A DNA stretch of 49,621 bases from Octopus bimaculoides (Eukaryota): assembly GCF_001194135.2 (NCBI RefSeq), contig NC_068995.1:17485572-17535192 (forward strand), in the 5' to 3' direction. This document shows positions 37,201 through 49,621 of the stretch, in pieces (within the stretch, counting starts at the first letter, position 1; each line of letters opens with the position of its first letter). The notes beneath the pieces were generated by a model, which saw only the letters and a list, made by a program, of their open reading frames with translations, made no database searches and had not been told where the DNA came from. Made by a program: the position numbers and the translations under genes.

Positions 37201-40200
37201 ACGTCACATCAATCTCAACGGTAAAAATAGGGATGGCAACCTTACCATTATTACTCGTCCATTTTAGTTAGAAAATAGTTTGCCAAATATTATCGAAATT
37301 GTAAAGGTGCGTTGAAAGTGTGGAAAAGTGCTGAACTGCTGTAACTAAAATAATTTAAGTTACATGACGTCCATAACCCAAATAATGATTAAAATAGCTT
37401 CAGTTACAAATTTAATTTCGTAATGTTTAACTGATGGAGCTGATTGAGTATATGAAATCAAACTGTGGGTTCAATGGATTGTTTCTATTACTATTATTGC
37501 AATGTCTGAAAATTCAATAGAATTTGCCTCCGTGACATTACAGATACTCATCGTTTACTATTCGGTATATTTACCATAATACTACTTCCCTCTTTTCCAG
37601 GTGCATACTGTTGTATTTGTAAGGTGTAAAAATAAAAAGGGTTAAACTTCGATTAGAAAACTTTCCTTTCTTCAGAAGTGACTCCAAACTGAGTGAGTTT
37701 TCTGTTTGCAGATCCTTCAGTTCTTCCTGCACACAACTTGACAATGTGCATGCCACGTTCTGTGATAATGCTGCGTATGCAAAGGAATTTCATTGGCAAT
37801 GTGGTAGTTTTATATCACCCACATATTATCACGCTACATTCACACTATGGATACATTATTATTTATTCGCACTCACAACCACTCTCATACGTGTTGCCTT
37901 GTAGTGAATAAGTATACACATTCTTGCTACTTTCTTATTACATAAATATATGCATTGCGTTATATAGAAATACATATTCATATGCTGAGAACATACGTCA
38001 CATAACTGATGGCATACCATCACTCATGGCTACACATGCGCCACATTCACACACACTGTTATATGATTTACTATTTTCACCCATAATCATTTCACTGAAC
38101 GTTTTCCCACACGCCTGTACTATAAGCACAAAATCTATTGATTCTCTCACTTTCGTAATTTTTCGAAACTTGCTTTTGATAAAAAAAAAAGAGGCCTGTT
38201 TTCATGAACACTATTTTCTTTTTACCGCATATCATATAAAATGGCAAATACTCCGATTATTGCTGTTTTCCTTCCGTTCATAAAATAGCTCATTGGCATG
38301 TATTTACGTAGCTTTAGGATTTGCTTTTATTCAGCTGTGTTTCTGCTTGTGGTTTACTCTGGTTAAGTATTTACCTTGCTAACGCAGCTACAAACCCAAT
38401 AAATTCGAATCAGTAAGCTGACACATAGAATTGTACTGCGGTGTATTTTTAGTAAAATATCGCGTGTGACAAGAATATTTTAAAGAAATTAAGCATCAGG
38501 TGTATTTACTATAATATTTTAAAAAATAAAGCTTAAAAGCCTAGATAGTAGAAGAAAAGTTATCGGGTGTGAACAATCTCTACCCTTACTCTGAATATAC
38601 AAGGACATATTTATCAAGTTATTAAGTTGATGTGTTAGTAAAAAAGCTGAAATGCATTTTCACATATAACAGACGATAGCCAACAATCTCACCAGTCAAA
38701 ATTGATGTAATGGAATTTCAGTGTTCGTTACATAAGAATATTATCTGGAATAAATATTACTGAAGAAAAGGTAAACCCTTTCCTTTACACTGGCGGAAAA
38801 TTATTGCATGACAAAATATTTAAAAAGAAAGTTTTGTTAGTAAATCAGGTTATCACAAGTACGTACGTTACTACTGAATAATACTGATGAGTGTGTATGT
38901 ATGTATGTATGTATGTGCTTGTACGTGTATATTTGTGTATGAATGTACATGCATCTATGTGTGCATCCGATTAGCTTAAAATTTATACACTGATCATAGC
39001 AATGTTAGAAAGATGTAAGATGCACATAGCTGCAGTTTGTTCGCATATCTGAGATTTGCAATATTGAACAGAAAATAATATAATGAGACTAGACAAGTAG
39101 TTGTAAACTTTAGACAGAGTTCACTTTTACATAAAATATCAAAATTAATTGAACAAAACAGGTGTGAAAGTTCTAAATGAAAGCTAGTTGATGCAGTGTT
39201 TCCTCACTGACATTAAAGAAACATCTCTCCAGATTTACGAACACTATATAAAATGAGGTTGCTTTTTTTTAAAATTTACCTTTATACAAAAACTAATATA
39301 CGAGGATTGCGTCACATGCCGGTAACCTTTTAGCAAAACAATGTATATAATAGCAACATAATTAACGAAGGACTTTTTCGAATAAGCGAGGGACACGAAG
39401 AGAATGATATGTTTCACATAAATGGAAATTCCTCGAAGATTTTCTTCAGGATTTCTTCTTTTCAAAAGTTTTCTTTTTATACATTTACACATGCCAATAT
39501 TAACTTTTGGAAATACATGAAAACCACTACGTTTTATTTAAACTTCCTCATAAATCAAATTATTCTGAATTTTACATCATTCTGTTTTTTTACTGTTAAC
39601 CCCTATCCATTCGTAAAAAAAAAAAAATTCTCCCTTAAGCGTTGAAGTTAACTTTATTGCCGGATTTAAATTTTCCAGAATTATATTTTCCTCGAAGTGA
39701 TTTCCATCGATTTCCTAAGTGTCACAAAACTGTTACTTTGATCACTGATCGAATTAACACCTGGGCAAATCGATATTCAAAAAATTATCGGAAAACACGA
39801 TAGTGTATGAATAATTGGTCTTCACAAATATAAATTAAAGAAAGAAGCAAGTTAAAAACTGAAATAGAGGAAAATACAAGAAATGGAGAACATTTTTTTT
39901 TTATAAAATACAAATTCGATTCTTTTAGATTATTGATCAAACGGTTATGATGTATCAATAACTATTACGATTAAATTGAATCTTTCAAAATTTAATTGCA
40001 CTCGTATTTTTATGGGTATCACTAACATCGTAGCGACACTGAAATAGAGTTTATCGTTTCTGAATAGTTTCTTAGAAGTTTCATTGCATTAAATCTCTAA
40101 TTTAACTTCGTAGAATGAAGTATTTCTAATGACAAGTATACTTGTATTTGTAACAGGCTTCAATTAATGAAAAAAATTNNNNNNNNNNTATATATATATA

Positions 40201-40816
40201 TATATATATGTATAACACATATATGAGCAAAGATGAATTTCAACATTTCTTATATTTACATTCTCTTGCAAAATGATTTACTCATTGCGATATGAAGCAC
40301 TTTAACTGGTATTTGATTCGTAAACTTCGTGCGAAAAAAAGAATAAAAGAAAAAAAAGCAGAAAATATGCCGAGAATGACAGAAGCACCTCACTTCATCT
40401 TGTTTGTCGTTACGGCTGTTTGACATTTCGCAGTCTTATACACGAAAAGTAAATGTTTTTTCTGAGTACTTGTAGAAAGAATGTCCTGGTATCTCACAAA
40501 GAATCAAAGATCCTTCATTATGTTTGGAATATTAACGATGATAAATATCATATTGTATAATACTACTCTTCTACTTACAGATTATGTATATAAAGTACAT
40601 ATTAATTGGTATCTATCTTAGATTCTTCAGACTGGTGCGTAGACCTTTATATGCATAATCAAAAGGATCATTAATTATTTACATTAAGGTCCTTTTATAA
40701 GCAAGATCGGTCAAGGTGCGAACCATTGGTTTGTGTGTTGTTACATAAAATCAGACAGGAATGGTGATTAACCTTTCACAATCCAATGAAAACGTATTCA
40801 ATATCATTCCACATGC

Positions 40817-40817
40817 A

Positions 40818-40874
<57 letters not shown>

Positions 40875-40930
40875 GTCTCTTTCTATATATGTCTATGTAT
40901 GTATGTATGTATGTATGTATGTATATATAT
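40817..40930. repeat. (TCTA)n/(TGTA)n microsatellites
   Basis: Directly visible. Confidence 0.95.
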
Positions 40931-41530
40931 NNNNNNNNNNNNNNNNNNNNNNNNNNNNNNNNNNNNNNNNNNNNNNNNNNNNNNNNNNNNNNNNNNNNNN
41001 NNNNNNNNNNNNNNNNNNNNNNNNNNNNNNNNNNNNNNNNNNNNNNNNNNNNNNNNNNNNNNNNNNNNNNNNNNNNNNNNNNNNNNNNNNNNNNNNNNNN
41101 NNNNNNNNNNNNNNNNNNNNNNNNNNNNNNNNNNNNNNNNNNNNNNNNNNNNNNNNNNNNNNNNNNNNNNNNNNNNNNNNNNNNNNNNNNNNNNNNNNNN
41201 NNNNNNNNNNNNNNNNNNNNNNNNNNNNNNNNNNNNNNNNNNNNNNNNNNNNNNNNNNNNNNNNNNNNNNNNNNNNNNNNNNNNNNNNNNNNNNNNNNNN
41301 NNNNNNNNNNNNNNNNNNNNNNNNNNNNNNNNNNNNNNNNNNNNNNNNNNNNNNNNNNNNNNNNNNNNNNNNNNNNNNNNNNNNNNNNNNNNNNNNNNNN
41401 NNNNNNNNNNNNNNNNNNNNNNNNNNNNNNNNNNNNNNNNNNNNNNNNNNNNNNNNNNNNNNNNNNNNNNNNNNNNNNNNNNNNNNNNNNNNNNNNNNNN
41501 NNNNNNNNNNNNNNNNNAAAAAAAAAACGC

Positions 41531-42765
41531 CAATAAAATGAGAAACGAAAGCATACATAACAATAACATAGAAAACGAACATTTTTTGAACAACGAAAAA
41601 ACAAATATAGAAACGAGACAAGCATCATAAAAAAATATTCACTTCATCAGTTGTCCCCTTTTTTATCTACTCCGCGTTGCGAAGGTAAGGACAAGACGCG
41701 ACTTCATGAAACCAGTCCTTCCCGTAAAGCAAATTAAATAAAATTTGGGATTTTTTGTGGAGGGTTAAACACTAAAAACAAATGGTTAAGTCTGTTAAGC
41801 CAAGACGATGTAAAGTGCAGAATGCTGGAAAAATGTGTTTTGAGAAGAGACAGCCAAAATCACGTCTTGTCTTTAGGAAGGAAGTGGAAGAAAGGAAGAT
41901 GGATAGCTGTTGGTCACATGTGAGCAACGGGAGAGTCAAGGATGAAGAGTCAGAGAGAGAGAGAGAGAGAGGGAACGGTGATGGGGAGAGGAGAAGAATA
42001 GGGAAAGGGTGAGAGAGAAAAGCAGAAAGGAAGAAGAACAAGGGTGGGAGCTGCATAGAAAGGATAGAGAGGGATAGAGTGCGCATTGGAATTATAAACG
42101 TAACGAAGTCGCGTCGTGTTCCAACCGTCGAAACGCGGAGTAGATTAAACAGATTAAGGGAATGTTCTTTATATTGCCTGTCTCGTTTCTCTATTTGTTT
42201 CTTTCATAGTTCGAAAAAAAAACTTTTGTTTTCTATAGTTTTGTTTTTTATGTTCCCGTTTCTCATTTTATTGACTTTTTTATGACCTGTACCCATATAT
42301 GCATGTATATATACATATATATGTATGTACATATATGTACGTATATATGCATATACTTATATATTATTTAAATTGTTATATGATTGAACGCCACACATCC
42401 ATTTTCAAGTAAGTTTTACCTTTATAATTCCGATGCGCAGTCTGTCCCTCTCTATTCTATCTATGTATCTCCCTCTCTTGCTCTTCCTCTTTGTTTTTCT
42501 CTCCCACCCTTTTTCAATTCTTCTCCTCTCCCCTTCACCGTTCCTTCTCTCTTTCACTCTACCTCTTGGACTACACGTTACCAACGGCTATCTATCTCCC
42601 TTTCTTCCTCTTCCTTCTTAAAGACAAGGCGTGCTTTTGCCTGTCTCTTCTCAAAGTTTTTCCAGCCTTCCCCAACATCACATCGTTTTGGATTAACAGC
42701 ACTCACCGTTTGTTTTTAATTTTTTAAATTCTTACTGTCCTGTTTTTGTTACTACTTTAACCCTC
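41531..42765. repeat. Two copies of a ~515-bp repeat in nested inverted arrangement (A+, B-A-, B+)
   Basis: 41531-41705 is the inverted copy of 42105-42273, with perfect 17-bp and 14-bp blocks. 41760-42103 is the inverted copy of 42416-42765; the ORF-track peptides 41772..42086(-) and 42433..42621(+)/42384..42719(+) are homologous. Confidence 0.9.
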
Positions 42766-45700
42766 TATGTGTCATTTATGCATCCAGTCAACTCTGGTCT
42801 TTGTAGTTATGTAGCTTTGCAGTTATGTAGATATGTAGTTTGAACTCTGGTGCAAACGAAGACTTTTAGTGAAAGAGAATCTCATCATTTCTTCCTTACT
42901 GAAGCGCAATGCACATTACACAAGGACAGACTTTCTAAAGCTATAGCGATTCATACTGGGTGTTGCAGTGGCTGTATTGTTCATATATTGTTCGTATCTT
43001 TGTTACCTGTCAGTATTTCTCACGTAGAGAACATGTGCTTTGATGCTGTAACACTTGGATTTGTTTGTATATTATAATATATATTGACCAATGTCTGTCA
43101 TTTCATCTTCCCCCAAGACTATTGTTCCTGATTTCAAAATGTTTTGTTAGCCATTCAATACTGGTTGTGTGACAAGTTTGGAATCCTGCTTATTGTACTA
43201 ATTACGTGCTTGTTCTTTTATTCTGATTTTAGCGTATTTTTGCTAATTCTCTGAGGATGTGGCGACACACGTCTCATATCCAAGCACATAACTCTAAAAA
43301 CTGGTGAGAAGTAGAACAGAAGTTATTTAGAGTTTGGGTATATGACCCTAACGCTTGTTACAAAAAAATCTACAAAAGTAACCGTAAAGAGAGCTAGTTG
43401 TCTTACATAAACTGGATAATGGATAATACCTACTTTCACAAAGACGCACGGATACTCTAACGGAGATCCAGACAGCTAATGTTTCCTAAATTTCGCTCGC
43501 ACGTTTCGGTCGTAGAATAAACTGCGCTAGGAGACAACCGAAAGTATATCATACCTGAAACTAAGTACTTCTGTCTAATATGTGTATCCACACGGTCATT
43601 TATTCAGTAAAATTACCAGTTAGACGGCCATCTCCTTTATTCAGTTTCTTTTTTTCATTATGTGTTTCTAATGGAAATCGTTTAGAAAATTCTGGAAAGA
43701 GAATTTCACAACTATTAGCGAAAGAACACTGATAGATAGTTTTTCAATCGAGGAAACAACTCTTTATTAATCAGATATTTGCGTAGCTCCTATTTATCGA
43801 TATACCAGTTCATCACAATTACATCTATCCATGACATGTTAAACAGCAATTACAATGAATGTCAGATAATTATTGCAGCGTATTTTCCATGGGAATGTTT
43901 TCCACAAACATGGAGTACCATATTCATAAAATATTACTATACGAGTCCACACATAGAAGTTCATTGCATATACACCCATTCTACTTGATTAAAGTAAATA
44001 CCTTCATGACCACAGAAACATCATCAGGCTTCCTTATCAAGTTGATTGTAAATCATAAAATTCATTGCGTCGTACTCTGACCTTGTGAAGTGTGTGTTTA
44101 GTCTACGGAGTTTGCAACCAATTGATGCAATAATATTTTTATTTGTGAGGCAAAACTATTTCATGGAATTAGGAGCAAGGAATGGGAGTATTGTAACGAC
44201 CTTCTTCATTACAGGATCAATTGGTCATAACTCGAGTAACGAGTTTCTGACAAAGGGTTTGAATCCGCATTACTCATTAGGCCTGTACTGAAGCGTCCTC
44301 TTGCACAGCAATGTTCATCGTAGAATGCGCAAGTAACTGATTATACATGCATAAATCTAACTTGAAACACAGGAATGAAATAACCGAAGGCAATTATGCA
44401 AGAGGAAAAATACACCATTTAAATAGTCTTTGCGAACGGAAGATCGATAATAAGTCTAATCTTTTAGTGTTATAGGATAAGATTTTATAATTTTCAAGTT
44501 CTATTTCCTTCATGGAAGATTACGTACGATCAGTCTAATGTGCTTCCTGCTATCATTGCAGCGCAATATGTAGTTGTATTTAAACATGAAAAAAGAAATG
44601 ACTAAATAGTGATTAAATATGAATATTGAAATACATTACCAGTGATATCTCGCTATAAACTCGACGCAATTCATTTAAAGAGAGCAAGTAAAATATTTTA
44701 CAGTAAATCCTGTTTTATTTAATTCTAAAACTATTTTAATCTATCATGTAATTTCTCGTATAATGTGTTTGATGGGAAGAAATAATAAATTCCAGCTAGG
44801 CAACGATTCTAATATGTCAAATTTAACAAAGAAAAATAGATATAAATAGAAAAATATGTGAAGCTTCGAGAAGAATGGTTAAGAACATAACCGAATCACT
44901 CTGTTAGAAATTTAACGTATTAAAACATTCATATATGTTGACGTGTGAGATAGTTTTACAAGAAGAGTATTTAATATAAATATTTCTTCTTTTCAAATCT
45001 TACTAGAACATCATTTTCTAAGCAACTGTACAGAGAAATCTTATTGGAAAATATATATCTAGAGTAAAATCGGTCTAGGAACTGCACCTAAGAAACAGTT
45101 TTCATCCAAAGAAAATTGTATTATTATTGTTATTTTTTTCTTTCGGAGAGAAAAAAAGACTTCTAAATGAATAATTCCAAAAATATACGACTCTACGACT
45201 GCATATCATGAAGTAAATAAATAGCATAAAAAAAACCGTGAAAATACTTCTGAAAAAATTTAAATAAATAAGACATGTACATATGAAAAAAGCACAAGCG
45301 GTTTTTTTTTTGTGTCAAAAAAATTAAAAATGTATTTGTATCTGCCGTTTTCACAATGTTTTTCATTGACTCCTATATTCATTCATTCTTTTTTACATGT
45401 TTCTCCCACATTTTCCAGCTCATGTTTTCTCCTTCCTCTTCTGATCTCAAACATTTATTTTTAACTTTTTTATGCTCTTCTTTTCTTTTTTCCACTTTTC
45501 TTCTCTCAACTGATATATATATCTGATAGCAGCTATAAATTCACTTTTATCTTCCAGAATGCTAACACTGATTTAATGCGCATGCGCTCTGTACCTTGCT
45601 AGAACGGGAAGTGTGGTCGGAGGATTAATTCTAGTGATACCATCTACATTTATTCCTGGAAGTAAATTGAACATGTCACCTAGGATTCTTCACCCTTCCC

Positions 45701-45779
45701 GTACCAACTTTTGTCTAGTTTATTGAATTATTCAGAATATATGGCTTTCGCAGTATAGACGTTGGTTTTCCTTCAAAAT

Positions 45780-45905
45780 CTCTTTCCCTCTCTCTCTTCT
45801 TCTTCTCTCTCTCTCTTCTTCTTCTCTCTCTCTCTTCTTCTTCTCTCCCTCTCTTCTTCTCTCTCTCTCTTCTCCTCTCCCTCGCTTCTTCTCTCTCTCT
45901 CTCTA
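45780..45905. repeat. CT/CTT-rich low-complexity tandem repeat
   Basis: Directly visible, with ~19-nt periodicity at the start. Confidence 0.9.
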
Positions 45906-46473
45906 TCTATCTTGTCTTGCAAGTGAATGTATATGTATATAATGATGTACATACACATATATGTGCGTGTGCGAGTACATACATATATGTATATAGTTAA
46001 ATATATACATAAATATAATGTATATATATATATATATANNNNNNNNNNNNNNNNNNNNNNNNNNNNNNNNNNNNNNNNNNNNNNNNNNNNNNNNNNNNNN
46101 NNNNNNNNNNNNNNNNNNNNNNNNNNNNNNNNNNNNNNNNNNNNNNNNNNNNNNNNNNNNNNNNNNNNNNNNNNNNNNNNNNNNNNNNNNNNNNNNNNNN
46201 NNNNNNNNNNNNNNNNNNNNNNNNNNNNNNNNNNNNNNNNNNNNNNNNNNNNNNNNNNNNNNNNNNNNNNNNNNNNNNNNNNNNNNNNNNNNNNNNNNNN
46301 NNNNNNNNNNNNNNNNNNNNNNNNNNNNNNNNNNNNNNNNNNNNNNNNNNNNNNNNNNNNNNNNNNNNNNNNNNNNNNNNNNNNNNNNNNNNNNNNNNNN
46401 NNNNNNNNNNNNNNNNNNNNNNNNNNNNNNNNNNNNNNNNNNNNNNNNNNNNNNNNNNNNNNNNNNNNNNNNN

Positions 46474-46506
<33 letters not shown>

Positions 46507-46545
46507 GTATGTATGCATGTATGTACATATAAATATATATGTGTG

Positions 46546-46577
<32 letters not shown>

Positions 46578-48573
46578 CGAATATGAATATACACAAACAC
46601 ATGTATATAATATTTATCCGTATACATAGTTATGTCTGTATATATGTATCTGCATGAGTACGAAACCCAGGAATTCATGTATATCTAAGAATAGAGAGAT
46701 TTGCATATATAAACATGCATACATATACATGTATGCTTCTTATCTTCTCCTACACACACATATATAGGTTACTTAAAAATATATACGGGAAATGGAACGT
46801 TGGCACATGGGCAAATATTATGTAGTATGTGTATTCACACACATACACTTATATATAAAATGGAGATAACTTGACGTTCTTTAAATAATGTATAACGGAA
46901 AAAGAAAGTACCCAGTGCACTCGAGCAGAGAAGAATAAACAGAAAACGATGGATTTATACTCTCTGTTTCTTGTCCTGGATCAGCGGCTATCTCGCGAAA
47001 CATTTGATACTGAAAGCTTTGTTATCATAGGTACAGTTGTGTCAGGATTATTTGGGTCGACAGAATACAATTGTGCACTAAACATCTGTTACGTTAGATT
47101 AAATTGTACAAACAACAAGCATTATTTTTTATATAATATTTTCTATGGAGTATTTTAATGATATTTCCTATGAAAATAGATGTGATACGTGTATAGAAAG
47201 ATATTTTGGGCAATTTGACTTCAATAAGATTTTTATTAGTATTTGACGAGAGAGTGGCTTATCATTTGAAGTATAATTACTTTAGAATCACCTATATTTC
47301 TAGTATATGCATTTCCCTAAATTGCTATACTTTTTTTTTATTATTGCGTGTAGAGGGTGCATTGTTCTTAAGTGACACGGAATTCGAGAGATGCATGTCA
47401 ACTAGCTAAATTCATGTCTTCTTTTCACTTCGCTTTTGTTGTCTTACTGTGTTTATGTGAGGAGGCAAAGATTCACACTTCACATAAGGACATACGTAAG
47501 TATATATGAATGCATATCTACACACATACATATATCTGCAAAGATATATACAAACACTCACATACATCTCTGTCTACATAAATATATGCATGCACACCTA
47601 TATGTAATTAATTTAACTGAATATATATACACGTGTGTATGTGTATGTGTATATATTTATCTATTTACTTGTATATACATCTGTGTATGTGTGTATATGA
47701 ATACATTAAAAAATGGGCACACATAGATGAATATACATTCAAATTCACATATATACAGCATGAACATATGTATGTGCATTTGAAATTCTTTTTCGGAAGA
47801 ATTCATACTTATATAAAATTGCATATTCCTGTACATGCCACAAATATGCGTACACTGATGCCTGTATGCCATCAATTCTGCATACTTTTGTATATACTAA
47901 TGTACTCATGCGTGAACGACAGCTTCAGGAAATTAAGTTGTAAGGCCAAATAATAATACATTCATATATGAATAGAAGGCCATTGATAAATAAAGAAGAA
48001 ATATGCTTAGCAACCCGTCTGAAGACAGTATGACCTGGTTACTCGTTCCACATTTTTGCTGATTATTTATGAGGCCAATGTAGACCTGAGTAAGCATAGA
48101 CTGCCTTTCTTGTAATTACTGAAAGTTACGTATATTATTCACATTATTGTATTATAAATATGTTCCAACAATATTTGTACGCATGAACGTCTTCAGATGA
48201 GTAGCGTTCAAAGAACTGCTACATTTTTAGTTTATCTCTGTTTTATAGCCACACCACAATGCTATTTTTAGCATTCCATTGACAAAGAACAACATGAGGG
48301 ATGAGCATTGTCGTTCGCAGATGTTCGTAAATGATTCTGTATGGTCCAGCGATATTGAAACTGTCACTAGTCGTACCTATACGTATATGCATATAAATGT
48401 GCTCTCGTTCTAAGCATCTTAGTATCATAATTTTTAAATATGTATAAAAACGTCAAAAGCTTGTTTATTTTTTATGTTTCTTTTTATTTATTATTAGTGT
48501 TGCTTAATATGTTTTGCTAAATTTGCTGTTTCTTTTCAGATATCATTAGAAAAAGTAATCAAAATGCATTAAA

Positions 48574-48831
48574 ATGACATATCTATCGGACTTAGAAAGA
48601 GATCAAATTGTTGGTGATCGTATGGCGGGCGCTAGCGTAACGAAAACAGCCGAAGTGTTTGGTGTATCAATAAGTACTGTCTCGAAAGTAATGACAGCTT
48701 TTGAGAATGAGGGTAAGGCCTCCTCGTCAAAACAAAAGTCCGTAAGAAAATCAAAATTTCAGATAGGGACCGTCGGAATCTTACGCGAATTGTTAGAAAG
48801 GATCGCAAAAGTACAGCTCCGAAAATTACTG
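48574..48831 (+). mobile_element. Tc1-family transposase, N-terminal paired-like HTH region, frameshifted and truncated by a gap
   Basis: MTYLSDLERDQIVGDRMAGASVTKTAEVFGVSISTVSKVMTAFENEGKASSSKQKSVRKSK, then after a 1-nt frameshift near 48756 SDRDRRNLTRIVRKDRKSTAPKIT. This is a Tc1 N-terminus with a GRK-like motif. Confidence 0.92.
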
Positions 48832-49055
48832 NNNNNNNNNNNNNNNNNNNNNNNNNNNNNNNNNNNNNNNNNNNNNNNNNNNNNNNNNNNNNNNNNNNNN
48901 NNNNNNNNNNNNNNNNNNNNNNNNNNNNNNNNNNNNNNNNNNNNNNNNNNNNNNNNNNNNNNNNNNNNNNNNNNNNNNNNNNNNNNNNNNNNNNNNNNNN
49001 NNNNNNNNNNNNNNNNNNNNNNNNNNNNNNNNNNNNNNNNNNNNNNNNNNNNNNN

Positions 49056-49129
<74 letters not shown>

Positions 49130-49131
<2 letters not shown>

Positions 49132-49600
49132 GGTGTTTGTCTGTGTGTGCGTGTTTAGGGTTACTCTAACTCGTCCCACACTGCCCAACCGATTTTAATG
49201 ATTTTTGGCACAGAGGTACATCACATGCCCTGATAATGCTCAGTTGGCATCGGCTTTTGTGAGCTCAATCGGGCGCTTGAATGGGATTTCCCATAACGAT
49301 GTTATTTTTCTTGCAGTTGTTGCACTTTTTGTCCGATTTTGATGAAAATTGATAGGTGAGCGAGGCTCATGGTAATGAGTTGATATCAAGCTGTGGCATT
49401 GAAACAATTGATAATTGCACATGAGCAGTGGTTTTATAAAATCAATAGGCTTTTGCGGGCAGATACCCATACGGATTTTATTTTTAGTCCTAAATTTTAT
49501 ATTTTTCATCTGATTTTAATGAACTTTGACATTGAGGTAGATTTTGTGGTATGGAACTTGATAAAGCTATTAATTCAGTTCCAGAGTTGGCATCAACTAA
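49130..49600 (+). mobile_element. Probable non-autonomous Helitron/Helentron-like element
   Basis: Follows a (TA)n(GT)n tract and carries three CCGATTTTRATGAAATTTG-like motifs (49189-49216, 49333-49352, 49509-49530), as in DINE-1/Lep1-type elements. Confidence 0.5.
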
Positions 49601-49621
49601 TGCATGTATGTATATATATAT

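Noticed and set aside
37623-37903. Stop-free, Met-less plus-strand frame of ~93 codons, and the minus ORF 37571..37756
   Set aside because: No recognisable domain, and open frames on both strands give no consistent coding signal.
42095-42150. Hammerhead-like reading of 'gtaacgaag...gtcgaaacgcggagta' at the A|B junction
   Set aside because: Both copies miss two of seven CUGANGA positions, and stems I and II do not pair.
42590-42719. TLHRLGL/TSHRFGL peptide as a PLE GIY-YIG C-terminus (TLxPxGLN)
   Set aside because: Only a few residues match, and its position after the CT-rich tract is the reverse of the PLE arrangement.
44085-44291. 68-aa ORF MKCVFSLRSLQPIDA...
   Set aside because: TTG/GTG-type start, no homology I recognise, and no splice support.

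Overview
Eukaryotic, very AT-rich, microsatellite-saturated genomic DNA from a short-read scaffold with 12 N-gaps, most abutting (TA)n/(CA)n-type repeats. The SINE, LINE and Tc1 families match my recollection of coleoid cephalopod (Octopus-like) repeats; I have not verified this by database search. I could not identify any host protein-coding gene with confidence, so the window looks intergenic or intronic. Nearly all long ORFs in the supplied track are artefacts of microsatellites or N-runs. Supportable content is a graveyard of decayed mobile elements: RTE and CR1/L2-type LINE fragments, two R4/Dong-type RLE-LINE 3' ends sitting in trinucleotide microsatellites, three Penelope-like (PLE) fragments, a decayed mariner, the 5' part of a Tc1, a probable non-autonomous Helitron, and several tRNA-derived SINEs. 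Most interesting: a ~505-bp non-coding element stacked in the (TAA)n tail of a Dong-like LINE; a hammerhead-ribozyme-like core in a PLE tail; a repeat split at one junction with an inverted intact copy of itself nested inside; a foldback with a perfect 44-bp centre; and an internally deleted CR1 with an in-frame junction. I found no evidence for a clearly new biological system; these are leads only.
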